Source: Octopus sinensis
Lineage: Eukaryota
Direction: 5' to 3'
DNA: 64,000 bases
Assembly (NCBI RefSeq): GCF_006345805.1
Contig: NC_042997.1
Location: forward strand, 140,182,001 to 140,246,000
Below, piece by piece: positions 40,701-49,791 of the stretch; within the stretch, counting starts at the first letter, position 1, and every line of letters starts with the position of its first letter. A program made the translations under genes and the position numbers. The notes beneath the pieces are model-generated. The model saw nothing but the letters and a program-made list of their open reading frames with translations, did not search any database and had not been told where the DNA came from.

Positions 40701-42561
40701 AAAACAACACACCTGCTCTTAAAGCTACCATATTTGTTGCACTTAATCTATCAGTTTCTTTTGCCAAACCTCTAAGTTACAGGTATGTAAAGAAACCAAC
40801 ACCAGTTGCCAAATAGCAATGAGCAATAAGCACTAACATAGAGACAAACACACACACACACACTCAAGATGAGCTTCTTTCAATTTCTGTCTACAAACTC
40901 CAGCCTGACACTATAGTAGAAGACATTTGTCCAAGGTACCATGAACCCAAAATCATATGGCTGGGAAGCAAATTTCTTACTGCACTTCCACACCTGTGTC
41001 TATGTTGAATGTAAAATGTACATTTTTAATAAAATTTCCTTTAAATTCAACAGCTACCCTAAATGTAATTGATTTTGTTTTAAATATCTAAACTGATTGT
41101 TTCCTTGCAGTTGTCTCACATTGATAGAGTAGAGAACAAACTGAAAGTGATGACTTTCATGGGACAATACCCAGATATTGTCAACAACCTGAAACCAGTA
41201 AGTAACTGCTTTAATATTAAATGTAAAATAACCTATACATTTGACACATTCTGACTTCATTTGCATCTTCTTTGTTATTTCTATATTTCAAATTTGAACT
41301 TCTAATTCCACTAAAAATTATGAGATTATTATATTACCCCCTGTACAAACTATCTGCTAGGGCAGATGGCTGTCAACTACTAGGCTGTAAATCAGATGTG
41401 GATCATTTGGTACCAGACCGCATAGAAAGAATAAACTTTAAAATTTTATTTCTATTTTAGTGACTATTGCATTCTGCAGTGTGTTTTTGCATTATATATG
41501 TAATATATATGCATTATATATGTAATAATTAAATTATATATTATGCACTCTATTGTGTTTAGTTATGTTCATGATCCCTGTTCTGTGGAAAAATTGTCTT
41601 GCCTAAATCAAGTCCGTGGAGCAAAAAATGATTGGGAACCACTGTACTTGGGGACTCCTCAGTAGTCATTAAGTTTTCTGTTAATCATAAACAGACCAGT
41701 AACATTACAAAAAATATTAAGTAATAATCATGTAATGTACTAAATGAATTTTTCAGCTTATTTTCTTATTCAAACTGAGCAAATTCAGTTTCATTAAGCT
41801 ATCAAGTATTAAGATGATACCCTATTCAAATATTTCATTATATGTGTACCATCTTTAGAATATGATAAATTTATGATATAGTATATATAACAGTTACTTC
41901 TAACTCTAGTAAGAGCCTTAGATACTAAAGAATTAACCCTTTAGCATTCAGATTACTCTGTCAAATGTAATACTTATTTATTCACATTGTTTTGAATTAA
42001 TCATGCATTATCTTGTAACTTCGAGATTTCAATGATGTGACTGATTATTTTTACAATGACATTACAAAGTAGGTTTTTGAGAGGCTGGGTCTTGCTGGTC
42101 TTGAATATAAAACAGATAGAATATTTAGGCCTGATATGCCTGGTTAAGATGCTAGAGTTAAATATGGATTAATGAGCCAAAAACTAATGTAAACTTAGAA
42201 TGTCCTAGGAGTAATAATTTTTTTTAATATTCTGTTTGATTTGTATCAACTCTAAACTCCAGTTTCTTTTGTATATTGAAACCCAGATGCAATATAGTGA
42301 AACATGACACAATATAATGAAAACTGCATGTTTTTTTTTTAGCAAATTACCAAAATCACTGAATGCTCAAAATCTCTAGCAGATAATGCAGAACTGAAGA
42401 AAATTTTTGAGGTATTTAAAATTTTTTTTTTTTGCTTTTTTATGTGGATCAATTATAACACATGAAGTATAACATAATTAGGATTTATATTAGATGAGAA
42501 ATCACTTAAACAGTAAATAAACCTAATACCTCAAATACTTATATTTTCTGTTGGACAAAAT

Positions 42562-42620
<59 letters not shown>

Positions 42621-45600
42621 AGAGTTACAGAATAGAGTAGATAAGATCCAGGCTACATATGTTTCATAGTGAGCAGAACCTCAGAAGTGATAAATATCCA
42701 GGCGGGGTGTATACCTCAGGCTACTCTTCAGGCTAAAGATATCTTGATTAAATGGATATTCTTTATTCTTTATTCGTACACCCGGCAACCCTGGTCACCT
42801 GCTGTGAAATATATTTTCAGTTTATTGTACTTTGATATGTAAAAAATCCACAACTTTCTGCCTCAATAAACCACTATTGTCCCTGAAAGTTATTTTTTTA
42901 TATTTACTACGAATTGCTTGAAGCAAACTTTCTTCCTACACCTTGATCCCTGGATCTTACATTTATATATATGTATATGTGTATGATACTATGGAAAATG
43001 GACATTAAATGATGACATATATATATATATGAACTGATCTAAATGTTTGTTTACTTGCAACGCTGCACTATATTAAACTAAAAGTGAAGCAATTGTATGT
43101 CTCACTAAGTTATTGCGATATGAAGGAGGAAAAGACAGAAGCAGAGAGAGGATTACAGTAATCTTACCTGTCTATCTGGAAGGGTCACTCACAACATCCA
43201 CATGCTCTGTCAACCGCCGTATCATCTATCTATGTGGAAGCAGTTGCTCACAACGTCCACATGCTCTGTCTGCTGTCATATCATCTAACAGGTCTGCTCT
43301 TGTACGCTCTTGTCCACTGCCAACTGACCACTTGCACCTTGGTGACCCCGCATGCCTACCGCGGCCCTTCCAGTGGGACCCACAGGCCCCACTTCCAACA
43401 GGACATATGTACTCCCTCACTCCCAGTCCTTCCCTACACCACAGCCTGGCTCATAACACCACAGTTATTACAAAAATTCTGGTTTCACACAAAAAATTTC
43501 TGTAATAACTTAGTGTGAATGATACACCATTTGTCCAATTTTGGTAAGGTTTTTTGGTCTTTCATGTATGCATGTTTGCATAAATATGTATGTTAGTTTA
43601 TGCATTTATTCATAATGTATTTAGTATTTTAATAATAATAATAATAATAATAATTGTGTACAGTGCTCAGGTGCACTACAACTCATCTAAAGTGTATATA
43701 TAATCAGGTGTAGTTTCGGCGGATTTTGGAAAGCATGAGGGCCTTAAAGGATGCAGTGTCATGGCAGTCAACAACTGATGCAGGCAGTTTATTCCATGCT
43801 TCAGCAACTCTGAGCGTGAAAAATGTTTCCGAAAGTCATGGGAGCTGTGTTGTTTTCTGACTTTGTAGGCATGTCCACGTGTGTTAGACACATGGAGATC
43901 AAAAAGGTGTTCAGTGTTGTTGTTGGTGAGGTGGTTGATAACTTTGTGGGCGTTTACCAAGTCCATTGCCAGACGCCGGAGCTTCAGTGAATCCATGCCC
44001 AGGGAAACAAGGAGTTTAAATCTTTGTTTTCGAGTATTCAGTTTACCTAATGTTGTCCAAACAAGACCGCTGTCTTTTGAATTAACCAATCAGTTGATTT
44101 TTATATTTATCATTATGCATTAGTTTCTTAAAAAAGAGTTTATTTTATCACCAAAATAGATACCTTTCTGCTTGTTATGATTTAAAAAAAATAATCGTTT
44201 TACTTATATTCTCATAACTTATTAATTAAAAGTTTATAATATTGTTCTTTTACATAAATAGATTATTTTGGCATTTGGTAACTACATGAACAGTTCCAAG
44301 AGAGGTTGTATTAATGGTTTTAAACTGGAATCATTAACAAAAGTAAGTTGAAAGATGTTTTTCCAGTCCTTTTCTTTCCTCTGAAATTAGAGATACTTGT
44401 ACCAGTCAAAGATTGGGTTATGATAGGTGTCATATAGCTTGTTTGAAAGTTAAGTTTATTTCATTTCTAGCTAACAGTTTACTTAGTGTGTGTGTGTGTC
44501 TGTATATTTTATCTGCAGTGCCTTTGATATTTTTAATAAACTTATTACTTTATTTTGCAGTTGTGTCAGATAAAATCCAAGGACAACAATCAAACACTCC
44601 TGGAATATCTTGTTGATATCATTTGTTGCTATTATCCAGCATTAATATTCTGGTATGATGATATTGACTTGCACATAAAGAGATCAGGTGAGCTTTATAT
44701 GTTCTGATTAGAAAGATGATAAATATTTTAGGGAATAAATATTAAGACTTGAGAGCTTTAATGAATTTTTGCATATGATTATTTTTATAAGAGTTTAATA
44801 AAATAGAAGTAGCACAGATACTGATTTCAAATTTTGGCACAAGGTTGGTAATTTTTAGTTGAGGGGTAAGTCGATTACATCAACCACAGTGTTCAACTGG
44901 TACTTATTTTATCGACCCTGAAAGAGTGACAGGCAAAGTGGGCCTCTGCAGAATTTGAACACAGATATTATGAGACGAATCAGCTACTGTAAAATGATAC
45001 CAGACATTATAAAAGTTATAAGAAATTTACTGAAGTTCAGTGTCCCAAACACACCCATGCAAAATTGCAAAATGATAGCCTTTGTACTGCATCTATTTTT
45101 ATTTTATGTTGTAAACGTTATTCTGTTACGACATGCGTTCGAATGTTACGGTTTCGAAGGGAAATAACTTCGTCTTCATCTCGATTGTTATTGCTATTAG
45201 TTGAAATCAAGACAGGCAGATGATAGTACAAGAGTAATGAACAGGGAAGATGTAATATGTGTTAACTGGGTGGGAGCCGACTGTTATAGAAAAGAGAAAG
45301 TAAAACAATGAAGAAATACTGGAAATTCTAGATTTCTGGAAGCTGGATAAGAGGTCCAGTATTGTATATTATGTTCATAAAATGATTATAAAGTAAAAGT
45401 AAATACTATGGTCTAGGTTTGTTGTTATAATTGTAAGACATTCTACCACGAGGCAATTGTTTTAGATCCAACACACATTCTCAGGTTAGATCACTTGGCA
45501 AATAAATGCACCCACCCCCAAAAAAAATTTAATGTTTTTATATATTTTTTTGTTTTATATATTTCAGCTTCATATCAATCCATTGCTGTTGATATATTTA

Positions 45601-48600
45601 CCTTGAGAAAAGGAATTGATCTGTTGAAGTTTGAGAGGGAGAAAAATACATCTATCAATGAATCACTTGAAATATCCTTTTTGGCAAAAACGTGTGTGTG
45701 TGGTGTATGTTTCAAATTTTAGTTCAATGTTTTCTTAGCATCAAATACATAATGAGACCTCAGTGTAGCCAATCTGTTGTATTATCTATGTTTAAGAAAC
45801 AAGTTCTGCTCATTACAGCCACTTCATATCATTTAGTTCAGTTTCATTCAGAGTTGTATGAAAAATATTTTACTTCATCCCAACATATTCCTATAGACAA
45901 CATTCTCTAAGTTATTTCAGACAAACCAACTAGATATCTATGCACATCAATCAAAATAATAATCATTTTCTAGCAAAAGATCCTTACATAAATTTATGAC
46001 AGAAGGTTTAAATTTAAATTTGAACTCTACAAACTGACATAATTTTGTATCTTGAAACTAGTTATTGTTTTAAGTGAACTGGTTTAAGAGAAATTAAAAT
46101 TCACAAGATGAAAATATATAAGTAGTCACTATACGTTATAAAACCATGTAGTTGGTTAGGTACTTGTTACTTCAAAGAAACCATTAAATAATGCACTTGA
46201 AAATGTTAGCAAATGTACAGAAGTTTTTCTACTGTTGATTTTGCTTCAAATATTTGGGAAGGCTTGTGTTCATCTTTATAATTTTGACATAAGACCAGCA
46301 ATTTTAGAAGAAGGTAAATCAATTCCATCGGCCCCAGTATTTGACTGGTGTTGGTACTTTATTTTATTGACCCCCAGAAGAATGAAAGGTTAATTGAACC
46401 TTGGCAGGATTTGAGCACAGAATCTAAAGCGCAGGAAGAAATGCTTCAAAGCATTTTATCTGTTTGGTACCACTTGTTATAATTATGAAGCCTTAACTGT
46501 TCATACACATTCTATAACACAGCAACAACAGAGATGCATGCTGTATGGGAATCATTTAAATTGATGGAAGATAGTTACAAAGATATCTGTTCCAAATTTG
46601 GTGAGAACTACAAGACAATTGATCCGGGTCTGTTTTTTAGTTACTTCAGTGATTTTGCCCAGCATTTCAAGGTATGTATCAGAGACTTCTTGATAATATT
46701 TTGATTCTAGTGTCACATGTCTTCAAACAATGCATTCTTTTTTCTTACTTCAGTGTAAACAATACTGACTTTAGTTTTGACAATATTGACTAATTACAAT
46801 TTAGTTGAGTAGTTTACAATCAAACTAAAGGTAACTCGTTACATGGAAACACTAAGGCTTCAGCTGTGTGTTCAGTAGTAGTAGTAGTAGTAGTAGTTGC
46901 AGTAGTAGCAGCAGCAGCATATCTTTTACTTGTTTCAGTCACTTGACTGCAACCATGCCTTGAAAGGTTTTAGTTGAACAATTTCTAAAATTTTCATTGA
47001 AAGGTTTTAGAAAATAAAAATAAGAAATAAGTGGAAATTTTACCGGTGAGTGTGTTAAATAATAAGGCACTAAAAGAGAATGACTCTCCCCACACACAAC
47101 AGAATATGAAAATAAATTTGTGAGAAAGTATCCTATCTGCATTAATATTGAAGAAATGTAAAAATAGCAAAAAGAAATCTCTCTTGAATACATATAATCA
47201 ATTTATTAACTTTTTAGCTTGTTTTCTTTCATGTTGTCTAGATTATTTCTCTATTTTCATATAAATCGATGTAAATAAATGTTCTCGTTATTTTTGGCCT
47301 CTGATAGAATTTATATTTTAAAAATGGTTTCCAATTTTCTTTTATATTATTAGAAAGCTCTGGAGAAGTCATTTGGCAGCAACCAATTAACAGCCGAATC
47401 TAAATCTCTCTCAACGGGTGCCATTTACCAGCAGACAGATTCTGATTCTACATCATCTGGTGGATTAAATGCTCAGAAATCTTCCCAAACTAGAAGATCT
47501 TACACCAAGTTTAAACAAGGAGCCTTTCCTGCAGGATCTCGATATGGAAGTAAGTTCTATCTTTCGGTCATTTCAACTTGTATTGATTCTTAATGACTGT
47601 GTGTGCAGTACCAGACCAGTTATCCAGCAAACTTAGGACCAAAAGTGTCTCAGATTTCTGGATTTTTTTTTCTTTTTGGCAATAGTCTCAATATATACTT
47701 AAAATATAAAAAATAGACTATTGAAAAGTAAATAGCTAAATTGTATTTAACAGATTCAAACTAATATACTTCTAAACCAAGGTCTGTTTGATATTTATTA
47801 ATACACTTGACATCTTTTAAATATACCATGCTGTATCAAGCAAAGAAAAGTAAAGAACATGATTTTATTTAACAGGTACAGATACAAATTAATATACTTC
47901 TAAAACAGAGTATGTCTAGTCATTATCAATTCACTTAAAACAGTAAAGAATAAAACTATTTTTAATACATTGTATGCAAATTAGCCAACTTCAGAAATGG
48001 TCTGTTTACTAAATAGAGGGTATTGAATATTGCACAATATTGCACAGTATTCCTGGATTTCTGGAAACCTGATAAGGAGCTGAGTACTGTATAAACACAC
48101 ATTAAGGTATTGATATTACTAAAATAATGTATCGATCAATACTAAGAATTTCAAATATAGCAGGGTTTATCACCTCTAAATATTGGTAAACTTCAGCATC
48201 ATTTTTTTTTATTACTATTTTGTCCTGGTTTAGGGTGGTAGATAGTCATCAGTGATAGAGCATTGAGCAAAATGCATTTCAGTATTTACTTATAACTATT
48301 TATATTCTGAGTTCAGATCCCACAGGGGTAATGGTTGGTTTTCATCCTTCTTTGATAAGATAAGATAAGTTGGTAAGATAAGAATCAGTCAAGTAGGTTA
48401 AGCATTAGTATGCGCATAATATACTATATTGATCCTCCAAATTTGAGGCCTTGTGTTTACATTAGAAACTAATAGTCTATTTAGCTAAAATACAATTTCT
48501 GGAGTATGTATTGCAATGATGTTCACTTTTGTTGAGCAAATATTCTGGGATTATTATTGTTATTATTACTATTCTTCTTCTTCTTCTTATTATTATTATT

Positions 48601-49033
48601 AAAGTAGCGAGGTGACAGAATCATTAGCATGCAAGACAAAATGCTTAGCAGCATTTCATTCATATTTACATTCTGAGTTCAAATTCCGACAAGGTTGACT
48701 TTGCCTTTCATCCTTTTGGGGTTGATAAAATAAGTAGCAGCTGAAAACTGGGGTCAAAGTAATCAACTTACTCCTTCCCCCAAATTGCTAGCCTTGTGCC
48801 TATTATAGAAATAATAATAATCCTTTCTACTAAAGGTACAAGGCCTGAAACTTTTGGGGAGGGGACTAGTCGATTACATCGACCCCAGTGTTTCATTGGT
48901 ACTTAATTTATTGATCCTGAAAGGATGAAAGGCAAAGTCAACCTCAGTGGAATTTGAACTCAGAACGTAGAGACAGACGAAATGCTGCTAAGCAGTTTTC
49001 ACAGCGTGCTAATGATTCCGCCAGCTTGCCGCC

Positions 49034-49076
<43 letters not shown>

Positions 49077-49764
49077 TAATAATAATAATAATAATAATAA
49101 TTATTATTATTATTTATATGAAAACCAAAATAATCTTCACAGCTATACATTTTTCTCATCTTATTGTCAGTTTGATTACTATTCTGATGCCCTTTCATGC
49201 CCATTTACCCAAAATTGCTTTTTGTATTAAAATATTTAAATGGAAATAAAATCTTGACAGAAATTTCATTGTTACATGAATGATTAGAAACATTTTCCGT
49301 TTTCTCAAGTTATGCTCTCAGTAGAGATTCTTCCTAGTTTATTAAATTTTATTTAATTTTGTAAATTATGACCGTTTTTTGTTATAGGTAAAAGATATAT
49401 CAACTCTAATGACAGAAGAAAAGACGAGAAGAGGAGAAGCTTAAGACGAGAGATTCCCGTTTTAACAAACAGCAGTAATACAAAGCAATACCATTCAGTT
49501 CGCTCAACAAGAGAATTGCAGAACTTAATGGCTAAAGGCCTTCGAAGTTATAAGTCTCTGTCTTGTCTTGCAGATGTAAACCTTTCAAAAACAGTAAACA
49601 TCAAAGAACAATATGCTAACAGATTTAATAATGACTTGTCTTCTCAACACATCTTGCCAGTCCAATATGATTACAAAGGCATAGGTAACAAAATAACATA
49701 TATACATTTCACAGACAAGCAGATGCAAAAAGACTCAGAGAGTGATGAAGTGACTTGTCTATAG
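17892..49764 (+). CDS. FMNL: Formin-like protein of the FMNL/FRL family (divergent paralog): GBD/FH3 - coiled coil - vestigial FH1 - FH2 - tail; 26 coding exons, 5' end not located
   Basis: 26 exons joined with consistent phases; total 3479 nt = 2 + 1159 codons including stop. 24 introns are GT-AG and one is AT-AC. Motifs: DDEHDCLMCLKYM (FMNL DDVHVCIMCLRAIM), LPVLNW (FH2 lasso), RARNLVITQRK, IILAFGNYMNSSKRG..GFKL (the NYMNSSKRG form is FMNL-type), FGENYKT..P..FF. Confidence 0.93.
19805..19858 (+). CDS. FMNL: Formin exon 2 (DSLSQLDNEGINSDIEKK)
   Basis: ttcag| ... aag|gtaatt; 54 nt, phase 0-0; QLDNE resembles FMNL QYDNE. Confidence 0.8.
20492..20700 (+). mobile_element. tRNA-derived SINE with V-domain-like core (other copies 28690-28945, 32570-32870, 56395-56610)
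   Basis: A-box tggcttagtgg; core gggactggcgtcccatccag. Confidence 0.65.
20792..20994 (+). CDS. FMNL: Formin exon 3, GBD region (MLSRPTNAVPLYIECLKK...LKGDLRLAEE)
   Basis: cttag| ... aa|gtaagt; phase 0-2. Confidence 0.88.
21660..21813 (+). CDS. FMNL: Formin exon 4 (FVLEYINKPNRGMILMVHLL...YQQQL)
   Basis: ttgcag| ... ctg|gtatgt; phase 2-0; aligns with FMNL [20 protein letters not shown]. Confidence 0.9.
26981..27031 (+). CDS. FMNL: Formin exon 5 (DDEHDCLMCLKYMLRFK)
   Basis: ttttcag| ... aaa|gtaagt; 51 nt. Confidence 0.92.
28083..28181 (+). CDS. FMNL: Formin exon 6 (AAIQKFLDIRHSLETVSHSLINGISKTKLAALQ)
   Basis: tttatag| ... cag|gtaaaa; 99 nt. Confidence 0.9.
29110..29400 (-). mobile_element. CR1-like LINE 3' end (further copies at 28295-28515 and 5135-5180)
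   Basis: TLRVADAWNTLLASVVSC...SFK and the same 3' UTR terminus. Confidence 0.8.
29726..29875 (+). CDS. FMNL: Formin exon 7, FH3/DID (IFTICLTEVNGLHCVLEAFSY...RFKLLMNML...SFQ)
   Basis: tacag| ... cag|gtgcgt; 150 nt. Confidence 0.92.
31102..31218 (+). CDS. FMNL: Formin exon 8, FH3 (VACLRFANTMLNATSTLNHRVFLQHQLLAAGLDIDFLEK)
   Basis: catag| ... aag|gtatgt; 117 nt. Confidence 0.92.
31613..31836 (+). repeat. 224-bp near-identical direct repeat, copy 1 (pairs with 33326-33549)
   Basis: Read side by side, 2 mismatches; offset 1713 nt. Confidence 0.95.
31634..31743 (+). ncRNA. Type I hammerhead ribozyme-like motif, copy 1
   Basis: CUGAUGA 31655-61; stem II GCUAUAAG/CUUAUAGC; GAAAC 31716-20; AACU; GUA 31725-27; stem I GCU/AGC and ACUUCAU/AUGAAGU. 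Has an A-A mismatch at the base of stem II. Confidence 0.6.
32237..32377 (+). CDS. FMNL: Formin exon 9 (QETEGNGCDLAELHHEITNWKTNFVNVESIQEEQ...ILRRE)
   Basis: tattag| ... gag|gtaaga; 141 nt, phase 0-0. Confidence 0.88.
33326..33549 (+). repeat. 224-bp near-identical direct repeat, copy 2
   Basis: See 31613-31836. Confidence 0.95.
33347..33456 (+). ncRNA. Type I hammerhead ribozyme-like motif, copy 2
   Basis: Same core: CUGAUGA 33368-74, GUA 33438-40; one substitution in distal stem I. Confidence 0.6.
33680..33706 (+). CDS. FMNL: Formin exon 10, micro-exon (VDILQTKMK)
   Basis: tcttacag| ... aaa|gtaagt; 27 nt. Confidence 0.78.
34295..34339 (+). CDS. FMNL: Formin exon 11 (NIENDFESSKSHLTE)
   Basis: ctttcag| ... 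gag|gtaagc; 45 nt. Confidence 0.8.
34936..35004 (+). CDS. FMNL: Formin exon 12, coiled coil (ASKKSKDYQERVFELQEKMETLM)
   Basis: ttttag| ... atg|gtgagt; 69 nt. Confidence 0.85.
35020..35340. mobile_element. Young CpG-rich repeat ending (CA)n-actttagttttatatataaagat, possibly Helitron/HINE-like
   Basis: CpG-rich against background, with a terminus typical of HINE-like elements; class uncertain. Confidence 0.35.
35811..35955 (+). CDS. FMNL: Formin exon 13 (QLYEEKTGQ...SAVSHAIP)
   Basis: tcttag| ... cctg|gtaatt; phase 0-1. Confidence 0.85.
36673..36803 (+). CDS. FMNL: Formin exon 14: vestigial FH1 and start of FH2 (APPPVPP...KVNLPVLNWLPLSNVRKTIFE)
   Basis: atttcag| ... gaa|gtaagt; phase 1-0. 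Confidence 0.92.
37398..37503 (+). CDS. FMNL: Formin exon 15, FH2 (ELSDDVVYQEIDFSDFETKF...RSFK)
   Basis: gtttcag| ... t|gtaagt; phase 0-1. Confidence 0.92.
38331..38390 (+). CDS. FMNL: Formin exon 16, FH2 (SVRKLKNRLKVLDNHRARNL)
   Basis: taatag| ... g|gtatgt; phase 1-1. Confidence 0.92.
38940..39300 (-). mobile_element. Penelope-like element RT-region fragment
   Basis: VVYLPTDKSSRISID..SYIQAM..YI..LNAH..WS, then ANDISLMYGLR (TDK and LYGLxK motifs of PLE reverse transcriptase). Confidence 0.6.
39439..39566 (+). CDS. FMNL: Formin exon 17, FH2 (VITQRKIGHS...LLLKYVPTKDE)
   Basis: ttttccag| ... gaa|gtaagc; phase 1-0. Confidence 0.93.
40286..40354 (+). CDS. FMNL: Formin exon 18, FH2 (AKILSRYSKDYFTLDMSEQLMYQ)
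   Basis: cttcag| ... cag|gtaggc; 69 nt. Confidence 0.92.
41111..41197 (+). CDS. FMNL: Formin exon 19, FH2 (LSHIDRVENKLKVMTFMGQYPDIVNNLKP)
   Basis: ttgcag| ... cca|gtaagt; 87 nt. Confidence 0.93.
42343..42411 (+). CDS. FMNL: Formin exon 20, FH2 (QITKITECSKSLADNAELKKIFE)
   Basis: tttttag| ... gag|gtattt; 69 nt. Confidence 0.92.
43171..43286 (+). repeat. 58-bp tandem duplication inside a GC-richer repeat fragment
   Basis: tctat(c/g)tggaag...ctcacaac(a/g)tccacatgctctgtc...atcatcta twice. Confidence 0.8.
43631..44090 (-). mobile_element. CR1-like LINE 3' end with (ATT)n tail
   Basis: LVSLGMDSLKLRRLAMDL...TRGHAYKVRKQHSSHDFRKHF; 3' UTR ends gtgcacctgagcactgtacacaat(tat)n. Confidence 0.85.
44262..44342 (+). 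CDS. FMNL: Formin exon 21, FH2 (IILAFGNYMNSSKRGCINGFKLESLTK)
   Basis: aatag| ... aaa|gtaagt; hallmark GNYMN motif. Confidence 0.95.
44561..44687 (+). CDS. FMNL: Formin exon 22, FH2 (LCQIKSKDNNQTLLEYLVDII...WYDDIDLHIKRS)
   Basis: ttttgcag| ... tcag|gtgagc; phase 0-1. Confidence 0.93.
45568..45671 (+). CDS. FMNL: Formin exon 23, FH2 (ASYQSIAVDIFTLRKGIDLLKFERE...ESLE)
   Basis: atttcag| acceptor; ends at the U12 donor |ATATCCTTT. Confidence 0.88.
45672..46506 (+). other. U12-type (minor spliceosome) AT-AC intron, 835 nt
   Basis: 5' ATATCCTTTT; branch site CCTTAAC at 46491-46497; 3' ...ttcatAC; joins SLE|TFY in frame. Confidence 0.88.
46507..46671 (+). CDS. FMNL: Formin exon 24, FH2 end (TFYNTATTEM...KFGENYKTIDPGLFFSYFSDFAQHFK)
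   Basis: AC| acceptor; aag|gtatgt donor; 55 codons. Confidence 0.9.
47354..47549 (+). CDS. FMNL: Formin exon 25 (KALEKSFG...PAGSRYG)
   Basis: tattag| ... a|gtaagt; phase 0-1. Confidence 0.87.
48603..49035. mobile_element. Two tRNA-derived SINE family B copies, tail to tail (other copies 22197-22385, 22590-22742, 44820-45000, 46290-46460, 61820-62040, 18790-18990)
   Basis: B-box-like gagttcaaattcc; core ctttgcctttcatcctttyggggtygataaaataagtaccag. Confidence 0.85.
49036..49110. repeat. (AAT)n/(TAT)n microsatellite
   Basis: Directly visible. Confidence 0.95.
49388..49764 (+). CDS. FMNL: Formin terminal coding exon (SKRYINSNDRRK...SESDEVTCL*)
   Basis: ttatag| acceptor, phase 1 matches exon 25; open to TAG at 49762-49764. 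Confidence 0.85.
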
Positions 49765-49785
49765 TTTACTTTCTTTTCTGACATC

Positions 49786-49791
49786 AATAAA
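49786..49791 (+). promoter_or_regulatory. Candidate polyadenylation signal AATAAA
   Basis: First AATAAA, 21 nt after the formin stop; such hexamers are common in this AT-rich DNA. Confidence 0.25.
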
